A DNA stretch of 64,000 nt from positions 2,810 through 66,809 of the forward strand of contig JAIEOM010000031.1 in assembly GCA_019750455.1 (NCBI GenBank), in the 5' to 3' direction. Shown here one piece after another: positions 27,852 to 37,877 of this stretch; the first letter of the stretch is position 1; each line of letters starts with the position of its first letter. Source of the DNA: Sphingomonadales bacterium (GTDB taxonomy: Bacteria > Pseudomonadota > Alphaproteobacteria > Sphingomonadales > Sphingomonadaceae). The translations under genes and the position numbers were made by a program. The notes under the pieces were generated by a model. That model was given only the letters and a program-made list of their open reading frames with translations. It was not told where the DNA came from and searched no databases.

Positions 27852-28702
27852 GACCCTATGCCGAGGTGATCGGTGATCCCATCGCTCATTCCAAGTCCCC
27901 GAAAATCCACAATTTCTGGCTCGCGAAGCTGGGGATCGACGCCGATTACCGCGCCTGTCATGTGACGCCGGACCAGCTCCCCGCCTATCTCGCCGCTCGG
28001 CGCGCTGACCCGCTGTGGCGCGGGTGCAATGTCACCATGCCGCACAAGCAGGCGATCATCCCGCTGCTCGACCGGATTGACCCGCCCGCCGGTGAAATCG
28101 GGGCCGTGAACACGGTGCGGAACGAGGCTGGAGGGGGTCTAAGCGGCACCAACACCGATGCAAGCGGGTTCCTGGAACCCCTCAAGCGCGACCTTGAACA
28201 GAGCCACTATTTCCGCATGGCCCGCATCATCGGCACCGGCGGCGCGGCGCGGGCGATCATCACCGCGCTGGCAAACCAGGGCTTCACGCTGGTTGTCGCG
28301 GGGCGAGACCCGGGCAAGGCGCAGGCATTGCTGGACGAACTGGCCCCCAAGGGCGAGCATCACGCCGCCCCCCTCACCCACTTTGCCGAGCCGACCGATT
28401 TCGCCTTCGACGATCGTGAGGGCTGCCTCGATCTGATCGTCAACGCAACATCGCTCGGGATGGAGGGGCAGCCCCCCCTCGCCTTCGACTGGAGTCATGC
28501 CCCGCCGCGCTCCGTCGCTTATGACATCGTCACCGTCCCGCTCGATACCCCGCTGCTCCAGACCGCCCGTGCTGCCGGGCACCGCACGATTGACGGGCTG
28601 TCGATGCTGATCGGGCAGGCGGCGGTCGCGTTCGAGCGGTTCTTCGGTGTAGCCCCGCCGCGCGAACATGATGCCGAACTCCGGACAATCCTGACCCAAT
28701 GA
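27848..28702 (+). CDS. aroE: shikimate dehydrogenase
   Basis: GTG start; GDPIAHSKSP, NVTMPHK, GTGGAARA motifs. Confidence 0.9.
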   Translation: MRPYAEVIGDPIAHSKSPKIHNFWLAKLGIDADYRACHVTPDQLPAYLAARRADPLWRGCNVTMPHKQAIIPLLDRIDPPAGEIGAVNTVRNEAGGGLSGTNTDASGFLEPLKRDLEQSHYFRMARIIGTGGAARAIITALANQGFTLVVAGRDPGKAQALLDELAPKGEHHAAPLTHFAEPTDFAFDDREGCLDLIVNATSLGMEGQPPLAFDWSHAPPRSVAYDIVTVPLDTPLLQTARAAGHRTIDGLSMLIGQAAVAFERFFGVAPPREHDAELRTILTQ

Positions 28703-29283
28703 CCCGACCAAAGATCATCGGCCTGACCGGCAGCATCGGCATGGGCAAATCGACCGTCGCGGTGATGTTCGCCGAGGCCGGAATCCCGGTGTTCGACGCC
28801 GATGCCGAGGTGCGCGCCATGCAGGGGCCGGGGGGCGAACTGGTCTCTGCCATCGAAGAGGCATTCCCCGGATCGACCGGCCCGGAAGGCGTCGACCGTG
28901 ACCGGCTGGGCCATCAGGTGTTCGCCGACAAGGCGGCGCTGGCCCGGCTTGAGGCCATCGTCCACCCCGCCGTCGCCGCCAAACGCGCCGCTTTCCTCGA
29001 AGCCAACCAAGACAAGCGTGCCGTAGTTTTCGACATTCCGCTGCTGTTCGAACGCGGCGGGCACGAATCGGTCGATACTGTCGTCGTCGTCTCCGCGCCC
29101 GAAGCTGTCCAGCGTGCCCGCGTGCTCGCCCGCCCGGGCATGACACCCCAGAAATTCGAGCACATCTTCGGCCTGCAACTGCATGATACCCACAAGCGCG
29201 AACGCGCCGATCATGTCATCGATACCAGCCTTTCGCTCGAGGAAACGCGCGAACAGGTAGAAGCGCTGATTGCCACGATCTGA
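28699..29283 (+). CDS. coaE: dephospho-CoA kinase
   Basis: IGLTGSIGMGKST P-loop. Confidence 0.9.
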   Translation: MTRPKIIGLTGSIGMGKSTVAVMFAEAGIPVFDADAEVRAMQGPGGELVSAIEEAFPGSTGPEGVDRDRLGHQVFADKAALARLEAIVHPAVAAKRAAFLEANQDKRAVVFDIPLLFERGGHESVDTVVVVSAPEAVQRARVLARPGMTPQKFEHIFGLQLHDTHKRERADHVIDTSLSLEETREQVEALIATI

Positions 29284-29332
29284 TCGAAACCAGCCCTTGC
29301 AAGTGCCCCGACTTGGGCAGATAGTGCATCAA

Positions 29333-30037
29333 ATGCGTGAGGTCATCTTCGATACCGAAACCACCGGGCTCGATCCCAAGACGGGGGACCGCATGGTGGA
29401 AATCGGCTGCATCGAAATGGTCGGCCGGGTCGAAACGGGCCGCACCTTCCACGCCTATTTCAACCCCGATCGCGACATGCCGGTGGAAGCGGAACGCGTC
29501 CACGGCCTCAGCGCCGCTTTCCTTGCCACCAAGCCGCGTTTTGCGGAACTGGTTGACGAGCTGCTGGAATTCCTCGGGGATTCGAACCTCGTCGCGCACA
29601 ATGCCGGGTTCGATTTCGGCTTCCTCAACAACGAGCTGGAACTGGTCGGCCGCACCCCGATCAGTATGGACCGGATGGTCGATACGGTCGCCATCGCGCG
29701 CAAGCGGCACCCCGGGGCGAAGCTCAGCCTTGATGCGCTATGCACCCGTTACGGGATCGATCGCAGCCACCGCGTCAAGCACGGCGCGCTGCTGGATGCC
29801 GAACTGCTGGCGCAGGTCTATGTCGAACTGACCGGCGGCCGCCAGATCGGCCTCGGCCTGGCAGATGCCCCGGCGGATACCCCCGCCATCACCGCTCTCA
29901 CCCCCAATGCGCCCTGGCACCGTCCGTCCGCAGACAAGCCCCGGCGCGAACCCCGCCCCCATGTTGCCAGCCCGGAGGAGCTGGAACGCCACGCCGCGTT
30001 CATCGCGGAGATCAAGGGCGCGATCTGGGCCAGCTGA
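29333..30037 (+). CDS. dnaQ: DNA polymerase III epsilon subunit (3'-5' exonuclease)
   Basis: MREVIFDTETTGLD ExoI, VAHNAGFDFGFL ExoII, HGALLDAELLAQVY ExoIII. Confidence 0.9.
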   Translation: MREVIFDTETTGLDPKTGDRMVEIGCIEMVGRVETGRTFHAYFNPDRDMPVEAERVHGLSAAFLATKPRFAELVDELLEFLGDSNLVAHNAGFDFGFLNNELELVGRTPISMDRMVDTVAIARKRHPGAKLSLDALCTRYGIDRSHRVKHGALLDAELLAQVYVELTGGRQIGLGLADAPADTPAITALTPNAPWHRPSADKPRREPRPHVASPEELERHAAFIAEIKGAIWAS

Positions 30038-30112
30038 ACACTCCGCTACAAGCCTGACGCGTCCCCGCTACATCTTTTGGGATCCTCATCAGCGACGGGA
30101 GGACTACGCTTC

Positions 30113-30679
30113 ATGGATATTCGGATTTCAGGCCACCAGATGGACACCGGCAGCGCGCTTCAGGCGCACGCCTCGGACAGGCTCGGCGCCGTCGTCGACA
30201 AGTATTTCGACCGCGCCCTGTCCAGCCATGTGACCTTCGGCAAGGCCCCCGCGGGCGCCTTCAGCTGCGACATCGTCACCCACGTGATGCAGGGCCTGAT
30301 CCTCAAGGCACAAGGCACCGCCCATGATGCCCATGTCGCCTTCGACAACGCCGTCGAGAAGATCGACAAGCAGCTGCGCCGCTACAAGCGTCGCCTGACC
30401 GACCGCCACGAGCAGGCCGATCATGCCCGCGGCGAGGAAGAGGCCGCCTACACCATCTTCGCTGTCGAGGAGGACGAGGAAGAGGAAGTCCTCGCCGATG
30501 CGCCGCTGGTGATCGCGGAAACCCGCGTCGATATCCCCACCGCCAGCGTCGCCGATGCGGTGATGATGCTCGACCTCAGGAACACCGGCGCGCTGTTCTT
30601 CAAAAATGCTGGCACCGGACGGCATAATATGGTCTACAGGCGCGCCGATGGCTCGATCGGTTGGGTTGAGCCAAGATAG
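30113..30679 (+). CDS. hpf: ribosome hibernation promoting factor (long HPF)
   Basis: MDIRISGHQMDTGSALQAH... N-domain, acidic linker, C-terminal dimerisation domain. Confidence 0.85.
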   Translation: MDIRISGHQMDTGSALQAHASDRLGAVVDKYFDRALSSHVTFGKAPAGAFSCDIVTHVMQGLILKAQGTAHDAHVAFDNAVEKIDKQLRRYKRRLTDRHEQADHARGEEEAAYTIFAVEEDEEEEVLADAPLVIAETRVDIPTASVADAVMMLDLRNTGALFFKNAGTGRHNMVYRRADGSIGWVEPR

Positions 30680-30838
30680 GACCAAAGGTCGCCTTGCCGT
30701 AACGGCACAGGCTCCTTTTCAAAGGCCCAGGCGGCGGTAGCAGGAGGGGCACCGCCCCGGGCCGGCAATGTCCTTTCGGGCATGACCGGGCCGGATCTTC
30801 GCCAAGTTGGGGCGCACTGTTTCGGGATCAATCGTGCA

Positions 30839-31300
30839 ATGGACGTCAACCTCGCTCTTTCTCCGCAGGCGATTGCTTTCGCCCGGCTTGATACCAAGCC
30901 CAAGGTGCTGGCACGCACGGCGCAGCTGCTGAGTTCGGCCTACGGGCTGGACGAGAGCGAAGTGCTGGAAAACCTCGAAGCGCGCGAGGCGCTGGGCAGC
31001 ACCGGCTTCGGGCGCGGGGTGGCGATCCCGCATTGCCGGTCCAAGGACATCCGCCGCCCTTCGCTGGCGCTGATCCGGCTGGAAGCCCCGATCGATTTCG
31101 CTGCCGCCGATGCGCGGCCCGTGACGCTGGTGTGCGGGCTGGTCTCGCCGGAGAACGCCGGGGCGACCCACCTCCACGCGCTCGCCGCGATCGCGCGTCT
31201 GACGCGGGATGAAACGACGCTCCAGATGCTTGCCGATGCGCCCGATACCGAGGCGGTCTATGCCTTGCTGACCAACCAGTTCCTGCGCGACGCGGCCTGA
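30839..31300 (+). CDS. ptsN: PTS IIA-Ntr type nitrogen regulatory protein
   Basis: GFGRGVAIPHCR phospho-His motif; start ambiguous (30782 or 30839). Confidence 0.8.
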   Translation: MDVNLALSPQAIAFARLDTKPKVLARTAQLLSSAYGLDESEVLENLEAREALGSTGFGRGVAIPHCRSKDIRRPSLALIRLEAPIDFAAADARPVTLVCGLVSPENAGATHLHALAAIARLTRDETTLQMLADAPDTEAVYALLTNQFLRDAA

Positions 31301-31315
31301 TCCCATTCCAGCACC

Positions 31316-31804
31316 ATGCCTGCCAGTGACGAATTCCCCCATGCAAGCGGTGCCGAGCAGCATTACCGGGCCCTCGAACGGCTCTATGCCTCCGCGCCGG
31401 TCAACGCCAAGTTCGCCAGCGAATTGCACATCACCGGCGAGGGCCGCTCGCGGCTGACCTTCACGGTCAGCCCCGACGATTACCATGCGGCGGGCGCGGC
31501 GCATGGGACGATCTATTTCAAGATGCTCGACGATGCGGCGTTCTATGCCTGCAATTCATTGGTGACCGACCGCTTCCTGCTGACGACCAGCTTCAACCTG
31601 TTCTTCTCCAAGCCCTTGCGTGCCGGACAGGTCACCGCCGAGGGCCGCTGGGTGAGCGGGCGCCGCCGTGTGTTCGTCGCCGAGGCGCGGCTGGTCGATG
31701 AAGAAGGCGACGAGATCGGCCGCGGCACCGGCACCTTCATGAAGAGCCGCATCCCCCTCTCCAGCCTGCCCGGCTACGGGGCGGACGGACCTTCGGGACT
31801 CTAG
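31316..31804 (+). CDS. PaaI/hotdog-fold thioesterase
   Basis: HGTIYFKMLDDAAFYA and GRGTGTF segments typical of the PaaI family. Confidence 0.6.
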   Translation: MPASDEFPHASGAEQHYRALERLYASAPVNAKFASELHITGEGRSRLTFTVSPDDYHAAGAAHGTIYFKMLDDAAFYACNSLVTDRFLLTTSFNLFFSKPLRAGQVTAEGRWVSGRRRVFVAEARLVDEEGDEIGRGTGTFMKSRIPLSSLPGYGADGPSGL

Positions 31805-31806
31805 CG

Positions 31807-32148
31807 ATGGACGGCCGCCTTCCTGCGCACCTCGAAGCCGGAGCAATCATGCGCCTCGCCGAGACCGAGGGGGGATTCGCGACCGTGCTCGCGAAGGGTG
31901 AACGCGATGCGGGGACGATCCTGCTTGTAACCCTGTGTCACGGGAAGGGCGGTGTCCTGTACGAAAGGATGCCGCAGCTGGACGGATCGCGCAAATTTCT
32001 TGCGGCAAAGCGGGAAAATCCTGAAAAACCTGAGGAATTCTCGGAGTATCTGGAGCGACGTCGCGCACAGGACCGCGATATGTGGCTAATCGAGGTGGAT
32101 ATCGCGGATCCCGAACGGTTCGTCGCACAGCTCGACGAATTGCGTTGA
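31807..32148 (+). CDS. DUF1491 family protein
   Basis: 113 aa; LPAHLEAGAIMRLAETEGGFATVLAKGERDAGTILLV resembles DUF1491 (from memory). Confidence 0.55.
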   Translation: MDGRLPAHLEAGAIMRLAETEGGFATVLAKGERDAGTILLVTLCHGKGGVLYERMPQLDGSRKFLAAKRENPEKPEEFSEYLERRRAQDRDMWLIEVDIADPERFVAQLDELR

Positions 32149-32338
32149 CGTAAACGGCAACTCGGCTAACGGCGCGCTCACTTCCTCGCGCAGGCTGGCA
32201 GGGCGGCAATTCGGCCGATCGTCCAGCACGCAGACGGGGAGCGGCCGGCAGGCTTCTTCGAACCCCCCACATCCGTAACGGTCTGGATCAGGTTCCCGCC
32301 TGCGCACGTGCGCGCTCACCGCCGAATTTGTAGAGTAC

Positions 32339-32992
32339 ATGAGTCGCAAGACTGCCACGATTGCTGCGATTGCGGGCCTCGCTTTCGCAACCACGATGTT
32401 CCCCGGCGGCCCCGATGCCGCTGCGCTGGCGCAAGCCGCCAGTGACCAGTTCTCCGCTCCCGCCCCGGTCGAAGCGCCCGAGCTGGTTCCCCAGACAATC
32501 GAATATGTCGCCGAGCCGGTGGTGCAGCCCCTGCCCGCCCCCGCCCCCGCGCCTGCGCCGACCCTGACCGAAGCCGGTTCGCTCCACGAACTGGTCGGTA
32601 TGATCGACACCGCCGAGCCGATGAGCGAAGAGCTTCGCTGCCTTGCCGGCGCGGTCTATTTCGAGGCCCGCGGCGAAGAGCTGGCCGGCCAGCTCGCCGT
32701 CGCGCAGGTGATCGTCAACCGCACCGAAGACGGGCGTTTCCCGCGTTCCTATTGCGGCGTCGTTGCCCAGCCCGGGCAGTTCTCCTTCATGCGCGGCACC
32801 CGGATGCCGGCCGTGCGCGAAGGCACCGCCGCATGGACCCGCGCGATCGCGGTCGCCCGGATTGCCGACAAGGGCCTGTGGGAATCTCCCGCCGAGGACG
32901 CGGTGTTCTTCCACGCCCGCCACGTCAGCCCCGGCTGGAGCCGCACCAAGACCCGCCTCGCCCAGATCGACCGGCATATTTTTTATAGGTGA
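32339..32992 (+). CDS. cell wall hydrolase (SleB-type)
   Basis: LRCLAGAVYFEARGE...AVAQVIVNR...SYCGVVAQPGQFS hydrolase_2 motifs; N-terminal signal/anchor. Confidence 0.8.
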   Translation: MSRKTATIAAIAGLAFATTMFPGGPDAAALAQAASDQFSAPAPVEAPELVPQTIEYVAEPVVQPLPAPAPAPAPTLTEAGSLHELVGMIDTAEPMSEELRCLAGAVYFEARGEELAGQLAVAQVIVNRTEDGRFPRSYCGVVAQPGQFSFMRGTRMPAVREGTAAWTRAIAVARIADKGLWESPAEDAVFFHARHVSPGWSRTKTRLAQIDRHIFYR

Positions 32993-33014
32993 TCCTCGCT
33001 CACACGCCCTGCGG

Positions 33015-33147
33015 GCGCGACGCTGCGGGCGGGCGTTCGCCCTTGCGGCCCTACGGGCCGATCGCCGCTTTATCGATAGGGTGACAAGACCCCCCTCAAG
33101 TAGCGCAGCGGTAGGGTGACAACGCCTCCGCCCGCAGCCGCTCGCGC
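33015..33147. repeat. long imperfect inverted repeat (23-27 nt arms) enclosing two TAGGGTGACAA direct repeats
   Basis: 33015..33037 gcgcgacgctgcgggcgggcgtt vs rc of 33121..33147; direct repeats at 33077..33087 and 33112..33122. Confidence 0.6.
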
Positions 33148-33176
33148 GAAACGCGAAATGTGAAATGCGGCGAGGA

Positions 33177-33971
33177 TCAGGCTGAAAGCCGCACCCAGAC
33201 CGGCGTGTGATCGCTGGCCTTTTCGCGGCCGCGATAGGCCTTGTCGACACCGCAGGACTCAAGCCTGTCGGCGCATTCTGGCGAGAGCAGGATGTGGTCG
33301 ATCCGGAACCCGTGATCGCGCTGCCAGGCGCCGGCCTGATAGTCCCAATATGTCCACACCCCGCCGCGCGGGTTGTGGGTGCGGATCGCGTCGGTCCAGC
33401 CATCGGCGAGGAAGCGCGCATAAGCGGCGCGGCTTTCCGGCTGCATCAGCGCGTCGTCCTGCATCGCCTTTACCGACCACACGTCATCATCATGCGGGAT
33501 CACGTTGAAATCGCCCAGTACCACCGCAGGCACTTCCTCGGTCCAGATCGCCGCCATCCGCTCGCGCAGCTTCGCCATCCACGCCAGCTTGTAGGTGAAC
33601 TTCGGCCCCGGATGCGGGTTGCCGTTGGGCAGGTACAGGCAGGCGACCCGCACGCCGCTTACATCCGCTTCCAGATAGCGCGCCTGCTCCTCGTCACCCT
33701 CGTTCGGGCCGGGGATGCCAAGCCCGCGCTGCACTTCGGTCAATGTATAGCCCGCGCGGGCATCGACGAGGATCGCGACCCCGTTGAAGCTCTTCTGACC
33801 GTGCCAAATTGCGCTGTATCCGATTGCCTCGAAATCGCCCGCCGGGAAGCCGTCGTCCTGCGTCTTGATCTCTTGCAGGCAGGCGACCGCGGGGCGGGTT
33901 TCTTCCAGCCATTCGATGAGGCGCGGCAGCCGCGCCTTGATGCCGTTGATGTTGAAGGTGGCGATTTTCAT
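33177..33971 (-). CDS. xthA: exodeoxyribonuclease III
   Basis: MKIATFNINGIKARL, CLQEIK, SDHTPVWV. Confidence 0.92.
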   Translation of the reverse strand: MKIATFNINGIKARLPRLIEWLEETRPAVACLQEIKTQDDGFPAGDFEAIGYSAIWHGQKSFNGVAILVDARAGYTLTEVQRGLGIPGPNEGDEEQARYLEADVSGVRVACLYLPNGNPHPGPKFTYKLAWMAKLRERMAAIWTEEVPAVVLGDFNVIPHDDDVWSVKAMQDDALMQPESRAAYARFLADGWTDAIRTHNPRGGVWTYWDYQAGAWQRDHGFRIDHILLSPECADRLESCGVDKAYRGREKASDHTPVWVRLSA

Positions 33972-34009
33972 GCGCGCGCTTGTGCCGCAAACGACGCCGC
34001 TGGTCTAAC

Positions 34010-34342
34010 CTAAATCCCGAAACTCGCCCCGCAGCCGCAGCCCGCGGCGGCCTGCGGGTTTTCGACCTTGAAGGCCGCCCCGCCGAGGGATTCGACGAAA
34101 TCCACCGTGCTGCCCGCGATCAGATCGAGGCTGACCGGATCGACCACCAGCTTGACGCCATCGGTTTCCGACACCGAGTCGTCCGCATCGGGCGCATCGG
34201 CAAGGTCGAATTTGTACTGGAACCCCGAACAGCCCCCGCCCTCCACGGCCAGACGCAGGATCGCGGGGCGCGCCTGCTTGCTGGCGATGAAGGCAACCCG
34301 CTTGGCGGCGGAGGGGGTGAGGATCAGGGGCGCGGGGCTCAT
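34010..34342 (-). CDS. erpA: iron-sulfur cluster insertion protein (HesB/IscA/ErpA family)
   Basis: GGGCSGFQYKF and C-terminal GCGCGASF. Confidence 0.9.
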   Translation of the reverse strand: MSPAPLILTPSAAKRVAFIASKQARPAILRLAVEGGGCSGFQYKFDLADAPDADDSVSETDGVKLVVDPVSLDLIAGSTVDFVESLGGAAFKVENPQAAAGCGCGASFGI

Positions 34343-34381
34343 GCCCGTAATCTAGGGCCTCGTCGGGCAAGTCTCAAGCGG

Positions 34382-34813
34382 TCACACCGCCTGAATATAA
34401 TGCCGCAGCGCCTCGGCCTCGTGCTGCACCTCGTCCATCTTGTGCTTCACGAGGTCGCCGATCGAGATGAAGGCGACCAGTTCGCCGTTGTCGACCACCG
34501 GGAAATGGCGGAACCGGCGGCGGGTCATCATGCCCAGCGCCTCGTCGATCGTGGTGCCGGGTTCGACGGTGACTGCGGGCGAGGTCATGATCTGTTCGAC
34601 CGGCATGTCGAGGCATGCGCCGCCATGGTCGGCAAGGCGGTAGATCACGTCACGTTCGGAAACGATGCCGACCACGCGCCCCTCGCGCAGCACCGGCAGG
34701 GCCCCGATGCGCCGGGTGGCAAGGGTCTGCACCACTTGGGATACGGGTGTGGCAACGTCGCAGGCGATGATGTCGGCCGGGCTGCGTTGGGCGATGATGT
34801 GGGCAATGTTCAT
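34382..34813 (-). CDS. CBS domain pair protein
   Basis: Internal ATG 34813 (MNIAHIIAQ...); two CBS-like halves (LPVL..GRVVGIVSERD; FPVVDNGELVAFISIGD). Confidence 0.7.
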   Translation of the reverse strand: MNIAHIIAQRSPADIIACDVATPVSQVVQTLATRRIGALPVLREGRVVGIVSERDVIYRLADHGGACLDMPVEQIMTSPAVTVEPGTTIDEALGMMTRRRFRHFPVVDNGELVAFISIGDLVKHKMDEVQHEAEALRHYIQAV

Positions 34814-34962
34814 GACAAGCTCCCTCTCTCCACGGGAAGTGAAAGTGACATGATTCCCGTCAAAAGGCGAATCCGCCTGCCGCATGGCTGTGTGCGGGGG
34901 CTTGCGCCGCACGAACGCCCCCTTGCAGCCTTTGCGCGTTGCAATGCCGCCCGCCGCGGGCC

Positions 34963-35286
34963 ATGTCGGGCCGCATGACCAGCAAGTCCCCGCTCGACGA
35001 TCCCGTGAACGCCGCCCACGCCTGGGCGCGCTATCGCCAGATCATGAAATGGCTGCTCGCCGCGACCACGCTGACCGTGGCGCTGGCGATGGGGCTGCTG
35101 TTTGCCTATAACGGCATGATTTCGGTACACTTCTACATCGCCGTGGCGCTGGGAATCAGTCTGACGATGCTGCTTGGCGGAGGGCTGATGGGGCTGGTGT
35201 TCCTCAGCAACGGCACCGGGCACGACGAATCCGTCGACAACCAGCTGCCGGGCAAGGACGAATTCTGGAGCCCGAGCGAGGACTAG
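34963..35286 (+). CDS. small membrane protein (2-3 TM), hypothetical
   Basis: [43 protein letters not shown] hydrophobic segments. Confidence 0.45.
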   Translation: MSGRMTSKSPLDDPVNAAHAWARYRQIMKWLLAATTLTVALAMGLLFAYNGMISVHFYIAVALGISLTMLLGGGLMGLVFLSNGTGHDESVDNQLPGKDEFWSPSED

Positions 35287-35693
35287 GCCGGTTTGAGGAC
35301 GAAGTCTTCCACCGGCACACCGCCAATCAGGTGTTCCTGGATGATCCGTTCCAGCACGTCTGGCCCGCAGGAGTGATACCACACGCCGTCCGGCCACACG
35401 ACCGCGACCGGCCCCGCGGCGCAAATCTGGAGGCAATCGGCCTTGGTGCGCTGCACCCCGCCGCCCGCCCCGCGCTTGCTGTCTTCGGTGCGCTCAGGGC
35501 CGACCAGCCCCAGCTCCTTGAGGCGCGATTTGAGGAAGCCCCACGCCTCCTCGCCATCCTTGCGCGAACAGCACTTCTGCTTGTCGGACACCGCACACAG
35601 CATGATGTGACGGGTGATCTGCGTGCCCTTGGCCGGATCGCCGAAATGCTTGCCGAGCGAATGCTGCGCGGATTCGAGTTCCTTGCGGCTCAT
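35283..35693 (-). CDS. thioredoxin-like [2Fe-2S] ferredoxin domain protein
   Basis: [14 protein letters not shown] ... [20 protein letters not shown] cysteine pattern; ATGA overlap with upstream S9 peptidase. Confidence 0.6.
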   Translation of the reverse strand: MSRKELESAQHSLGKHFGDPAKGTQITRHIMLCAVSDKQKCCSRKDGEEAWGFLKSRLKELGLVGPERTEDSKRGAGGGVQRTKADCLQICAAGPVAVVWPDGVWYHSCGPDVLERIIQEHLIGGVPVEDFVLKPA

Positions 35694-37837
35694 TTGCTGC
35701 CGTCCTGCTTCAACCAGCGGTCTAGCCATGCGAACACCGTGTTGTGCCATTGCAGCGAGTTCTTCGCGCCCAGCACCCAGTGGTTTTCATCGGGGAAGAC
35801 CAGCAATTGCGAGGGGATGCCGCGTTCCTGAAGCGCGGTGAAGCTCATCAGGCCCTGGGTATAGGGGACGCGGAAATCCTGCTGGCCGGTGATGACCAGC
35901 ATCGGCGTTTTCCAGTTGCCGACGTGGTTGGCGGGGTTCCACTTCTCGTAAGTCTCGCGCGCTTCCTCATAGGAGCCGCCGAAATCCCAGCGCGGGAACC
36001 ACAATTCCTCGGTCGAATAATACATCGAGCGCATGTCGAAGATGCCGTCGTGCTGGACGATGCACTTGAAGCGGTCGGGCCATTTCCCCGCGATCCAGTT
36101 GACCATGTAGCCGCCATAGCTTGCCCCCATGGCGCAGGCGCGGGTGCCGTCGATCTGGCTGTCGAGCGCTAGGGCCGCGTCGAGGCCCTTTTGCAGGTCT
36201 TCCAGCGGCCCGCCGCCCCAGTCCTTGTTGATCGCATCGGTGAAGGCCTGACCGTAGCCGGTGCTCCCGTGGAAATCGATCGAGATCACCGCATAGCCCT
36301 GGCTGGCGGTGACGCGCGGGTTCCAGCGGTTCGACCAGCTGTCGTTGAAGCTCCCCTGCGGGCCGCCGTGGATGTAGAGCAGCGCGGGGATTGGTCCGGT
36401 CTGGTCGGCAAGCCGCGTGATCTGGCCCCACACCGTGTCGCCATTGGCTCCGGTAAAGCTGAAGCGGCGGGTGACGATGTTCGCGAGTCCGCCCATGCGG
36501 GTGGTGGCGATATCGGTCAGCGGGCGGGCCTGCCCCATGCCGTCCGACAGGAACAGTTCCGCAGGCGCGCCCAGCGAATCGCGGGTAAACAGCGCGCCGC
36601 CCTTGGGCAGAGGCACCACGTTGGCGATATGCGCCTCGTTCCCCGCCATCAGGTTGAGTTCCGCCACCTTGCCGGTGGCGATGTCGATGCGGAAGGCGGG
36701 GGTATCGAGCACCTTCTGCGCAGTGGCGATCAGGCTTTTGCTGTCCGCCGCCCACGCGAGGCTGCCGAAGCTGAGGTCGGTATCGCGGGTGAGCGCGCGG
36801 CGCGCACCGGTCTTGTTGTCGAGCAGCATCACGACCTGCCTGTCGGCCTCGTAGGTCGGCCGCTCCATCGACAGCCACGCCAGCCAGCGCCCATCGGGCG
36901 AGGGCGTGGGCGCGGTGTCCATGGAGTCGTTGTCGGAGATGGTGAGCGGCATGTCCTCGCTGAAATCGGTGACGTAGATGTCGAGATCGGTCGATCCCGG
37001 CTCCTCCGCCCCCGCCAGCCTCGCGGTGAAATAGACGTATTTGCCGTCGGGCGAGAAGGCGATCTCCTCGGCCCCGCCGAAGGGCATCGTCGGCGTGTCG
37101 GCGGTGATCCCGGTGGCCGGGTCCTTGCCGTCCACCGGCTGGCCTTCGCCCGAGATGACGCCATTGGTCATCGGGAAGACGAAGATGCGGTTGTGCAGCC
37201 CCGGGGTCGCCCAGCGGTCCCAGTGGCGCACGAAGCCGTCGGTGTTGTCGTAGAGCCGCCCCGTGCCGGGGCCGGGGAGGTATCTCGCCTTGCCATCGGC
37301 GCAGCCGAATGTCGGGCAATCGCGCGGCACTTCGCCCCACACCGCGATGCGGCTGCCATCGGGGGACAGCTTGAAGCCCGCCACGCCGGTGTCGGGGAAG
37401 CCGGCGACCAGCTGCGGCCTGCCCGCCGCGCCATCCGTGCCGAGGGTCACCCGCCACACCCGCCCGCGGGCCGCGGTGCCCTCGCCATCGGGATGTTCGC
37501 TGCTGAGGAAGTAGATCGCCCCGTCCGGTCCGAAAGCGAGATCGGAGGCGCGGATGCCCGGATCGAGCGCGACCGGCGCGGCCTCCGGCTTTGTCAGATC
37601 GATCAGGTAATGCGTCGGGCGGCGCTTCAGCGTCTCGGGATCGGTAACAGTGACCGTATAGACCGCCCGCGTGCCCGCCGCATTGACCGCCGGTGCCCCG
37701 AGGCGGGGGAGCGTGACGAGATCCTCGGCGCTCATCGGCGGGGCGACCGGGTTGGGGGTGTTCTCCGCTGCCAGCGGGGCGGCGGCGAGAACGGCAGCGG
37801 CGGCGATCAGGGCGCCGGAAGCAGTGAGTGTGCGCAT
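35690..37837 (-). CDS. S9 family serine peptidase (prolyl oligopeptidase/dipeptidyl aminopeptidase-like), secreted
   Basis: Signal peptide [24 protein letters not shown]; beta-propeller N-domain; GASYGGYM nucleophile elbow. Confidence 0.85.
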   Translation of the reverse strand: MRTLTASGALIAAAAVLAAAPLAAENTPNPVAPPMSAEDLVTLPRLGAPAVNAAGTRAVYTVTVTDPETLKRRPTHYLIDLTKPEAAPVALDPGIRASDLAFGPDGAIYFLSSEHPDGEGTAARGRVWRVTLGTDGAAGRPQLVAGFPDTGVAGFKLSPDGSRIAVWGEVPRDCPTFGCADGKARYLPGPGTGRLYDNTDGFVRHWDRWATPGLHNRIFVFPMTNGVISGEGQPVDGKDPATGITADTPTMPFGGAEEIAFSPDGKYVYFTARLAGAEEPGSTDLDIYVTDFSEDMPLTISDNDSMDTAPTPSPDGRWLAWLSMERPTYEADRQVVMLLDNKTGARRALTRDTDLSFGSLAWAADSKSLIATAQKVLDTPAFRIDIATGKVAELNLMAGNEAHIANVVPLPKGGALFTRDSLGAPAELFLSDGMGQARPLTDIATTRMGGLANIVTRRFSFTGANGDTVWGQITRLADQTGPIPALLYIHGGPQGSFNDSWSNRWNPRVTASQGYAVISIDFHGSTGYGQAFTDAINKDWGGGPLEDLQKGLDAALALDSQIDGTRACAMGASYGGYMVNWIAGKWPDRFKCIVQHDGIFDMRSMYYSTEELWFPRWDFGGSYEEARETYEKWNPANHVGNWKTPMLVITGQQDFRVPYTQGLMSFTALQERGIPSQLLVFPDENHWVLGAKNSLQWHNTVFAWLDRWLKQDGSK

Positions 37838-37877
37838 GGCGGCGGGATTACTCCCCCCGCCCCGCCATTGCCAGAAC

